Source: an uncultured bacterium
GTDB lineage: Bacteria > Caldisericota > JANLFM01
Length of the DNA: 64,000 bases
Assembly (NCBI GenBank): GCA_964614945.1
Contig: CAZTNW010000003.1
Coordinates: 72,838-136,837 of the forward strand
Direction: 5' to 3'
The notes below the pieces were generated by a model that worked only from the letters and a program-made list of their open reading frames with translations, ran no database searches and had not been told where the DNA came from. A program made the translations under genes and the position numbers. Within the stretch, counting starts at the first letter, position 1; every line of letters starts with the position of its first letter. Shown in pieces: positions 62,127 through 64,000 of the stretch.

Positions 62127-62975
62127 ATGAAGGATATCAGCGTCGTAGTCGATAGTGTTGCCGATTTGCCCCAGAAGATCGTGGACGAATACGGCCTCGA
62201 ATTGGTAAATTTCCCTGTGGTCTTTGGCGAGCGTAGCTTCCTGGACAAGTTCGATCTGTCTCCCAAGCATTTTTTCAGCATGTTGCGCAGTCAACACGAT
62301 TTCCCCAAAACTGCCGCTCCGCCAGCCGGTGCTTACCTCGAGGTCTTCCGGCGTCTCATTCAATTGGGCAAATCCGTCCTCTCCTTCACCACTACCTCAA
62401 GGCACAGTGCGGCATACCAGTCCGCGGTCCTGGCCCGTTCCATGATTCCGGAGGGCGAGGTGGAAGTGATCGATTCAGGCAGTGTCTCCATGGGCCTTGG
62501 CTTCGTAGCAATGGAAGCCGTAGAGGAATCAGGGAGAAAAAGCCCGAAAGAGAAAATCATTGAGCGGGTGAAAGAGGTGATCCAGCGAGTACAGATCCTC
62601 GCCTTAATCCCGGATGTGAAATACGCCGAGCGTTCGGGGCGGATCTCTCAAGCCGTAGCCAAAATCGCCGTCCTCCTGAACATTAAGCCGATCATCCGCC
62701 TCCGCCATGGCATCATTGAATTCGTCAGCAAGGCCTCCAACTACCGCATGGCGATGGACAAGATCGTAAATAGAATAAGAAATGTCCTGGCAGAAAAGAA
62801 AGGGCGGATCGCGGTAATGCACGCCGATGCCTTAGACCAAGCACTGGAGTTAAAGGAAAGGGTCATGAGGGAATTCTTCCTCGAGGGCGAGACTATCCTC
62901 TCGGAAGTAGGGCCTGCCCTGGGATCTCATTCCGGGCCTGGTGCACTGGCTGTTGCTTTCTATCCTGTGCCCTGA
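62127..62975 (+). CDS. degV: DegV family fatty-acid-binding protein
   Basis: 282 aa; N-terminal ISVVVDSVADLP and overall DegV architecture. Confidence 0.85.
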   Translation: MKDISVVVDSVADLPQKIVDEYGLELVNFPVVFGERSFLDKFDLSPKHFFSMLRSQHDFPKTAAPPAGAYLEVFRRLIQLGKSVLSFTTTSRHSAAYQSAVLARSMIPEGEVEVIDSGSVSMGLGFVAMEAVEESGRKSPKEKIIERVKEVIQRVQILALIPDVKYAERSGRISQAVAKIAVLLNIKPIIRLRHGIIEFVSKASNYRMAMDKIVNRIRNVLAEKKGRIAVMHADALDQALELKERVMREFFLEGETILSEVGPALGSHSGPGALAVAFYPVP

Positions 62976-63007
62976 TCCCGAGACTTCTCCCTCTTGAATC
63001 ATCCTGA

Positions 63008-64000
63008 ATGATGGATGCAGGAGCGGAACAGCGTTCAAATATTTTAGGCAGAGCTTTTTCCTCTTTAAGGCATCGAAATTATCGCCTCTATTGGCTGGGT
63101 CAATCCGTCTCCCTGGTCGGGACATGGATGCAGTCAGTAGCCCAAGGCTGGCTGGTCCTCCAATTGACGGATTCGTCATTTTACCTCGGCCTGGTTTCCG
63201 CTCTCGGCACTTTGCCGGTCCTTTTATTTTCCCTCTTTGGCGGAGCTCTCGCCGACCGAATCCCGAAGAAGAACCTGCTGATTATCAGCCAGAGCATGCT
63301 GGCTCTGGAGGCTTTCATCCTGGGAGGACTCGTGCTTTCCAGCCTGATTCAGACATGGCATGTCATGCTACTTTCCTTCTTCATGGGCACCATGAATGCT
63401 TTAGATATGCCCACCCGGCAGTCTTTCATTGTGGAAATGGTAGGAAAGGAGGACCTGATGAATGCTATCGGTTTGAACTCAACGAGCTTCAATGCCGCTC
63501 GCATCGTTGGACCGGTCCTTGCCGGACTCCTGATCTCACTGGCGGGCATCGGGGTCTGCTTTGTCGTGAATGGAGCGAGCTACTTCGCTACCCTGGCCGC
63601 CCTATTTCTCATCCGCCTTCCAGCTAAGGGAACTGAAAGAGTGGGGATTCCCGTTCTTTCCAGCATGAAAGAGGGGCTGCGCTACGCTTGGCAGGAACGC
63701 AATATTTTCGCCTTCCTTTCCATCGCGGCCATCACTTCTATTTTCGCATACAGCTACCTCCCCCTGATGCCCGTCTTCGCTCGGGACGTCCTTTCCAGTG
63801 GGGCCTTCGGCCTGGGAGGACTGATGTCCGCTATTGGTGCAGGGGCGTTGGTTGGAGCCCTCGGCGTCACCACAATGTCCTCTCAAGGAAATAAAGGCCG
63901 GTTGGTCATGGTAGGGAACCTGATCCTCGGCTTGGCTCTGATAGCTTTCTCTCTCTCGCAAAATTATTTGATCAGCATGGCATTCCTGGCCTGGGCGGGT
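63008..64000 (+). CDS. MFS transporter (EntS/MFS_3-like), 5' portion only; gene runs off the window end
   Basis: Frame from ATG ATG at 63008 translates MMDAGAEQRSNILGRAFSSLRHRNYRLYWLGQSVSLVGTWMQ... with successive hydrophobic helices and no stop to the window end; ORF track lists only a different-frame ORF (63091..63627). Confidence 0.75.
   Translation, partial: MMDAGAEQRSNILGRAFSSLRHRNYRLYWLGQSVSLVGTWMQSVAQGWLVLQLTDSSFYLGLVSALGTLPVLLFSLFGGALADRIPKKNLLIISQSMLALEAFILGGLVLSSLIQTWHVMLLSFFMGTMNALDMPTRQSFIVEMVGKEDLMNAIGLNSTSFNAARIVGPVLAGLLISLAGIGVCFVVNGASYFATLAALFLIRLPAKGTERVGIPVLSSMKEGLRYAWQERNIFAFLSIAAITSIFAYSYLPLMPVFARDVLSSGAFGLGGLMSAIGAGALVGALGVTTMSSQGNKGRLVMVGNLILGLALIAFSLSQNYLISMAFLAWAG

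Noticed and set aside
63091-63627. 178-aa plus-strand ORF listed in the track
   Set aside because: Pro/Arg-rich, non-protein-like translation; an alternative frame over the same DNA encodes a clear MFS transporter.

Overview
The window is a gene-dense bacterial chromosomal segment (about 52% G+C in hand-counted samples) with no rRNA, CRISPR array or transposase/integrase genes. The taxon cannot be fixed from sequence alone; the QueG-like Fe-S protein, fused aroE-aroK and fused trpG-trpD suggest an anaerobic, Chloroflexota- or Firmicutes-like organism, but this is unverified.

Main content, in order:
- 1-3.1 kb: QueG-like 4Fe-4S protein with a Cys-rich partial gene, a CGNR zinc-finger protein and a hypothetical protein.
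- 3.6-5.0 kb: aldehyde dehydrogenase.
- 5.1-16.1 kb: accessory-like block. A TetR-ABC exporter operon sits beside an AT-rich SAM methyltransferase, then a two-component system with an ABC transporter whose permease is fused to an M1 zinc-peptidase domain. Decayed copies of the TetR 5' end and of the methyltransferase flank that island.
- 16.2-30.6 kb: a co-directional minus-strand block holding the whole shikimate pathway, then trpE-GD-C-F-B-A, then cysK (frameshifted) and cysE; pheA-tyrA lie divergently upstream.
- 32.9-39.7 kb: dapA-family gene, tRNA-Ala, then a carbamoyltransferase / permease / arginine-deiminase-like cluster next to an M20 deacylase.
- 40-50 kb: ATP-dependent DNA ligase, an orphan molybdopterin hydroxylase subunit, topoisomerase III, UppP, DppA.
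- 50.3-54.8 kb: hspR-hsp20-cbpA-clpB heat-shock locus.
- 54.8-64 kb: assorted housekeeping genes, ending in a partial MFS transporter missed by the ORF track.

The best candidates for something new are the peptidase-fused ABC island with its flanking gene relics, and the carbamoyltransferase whose ornithine-binding motif is altered. All calls rest on reading the translations and DNA by eye; no database search was run.
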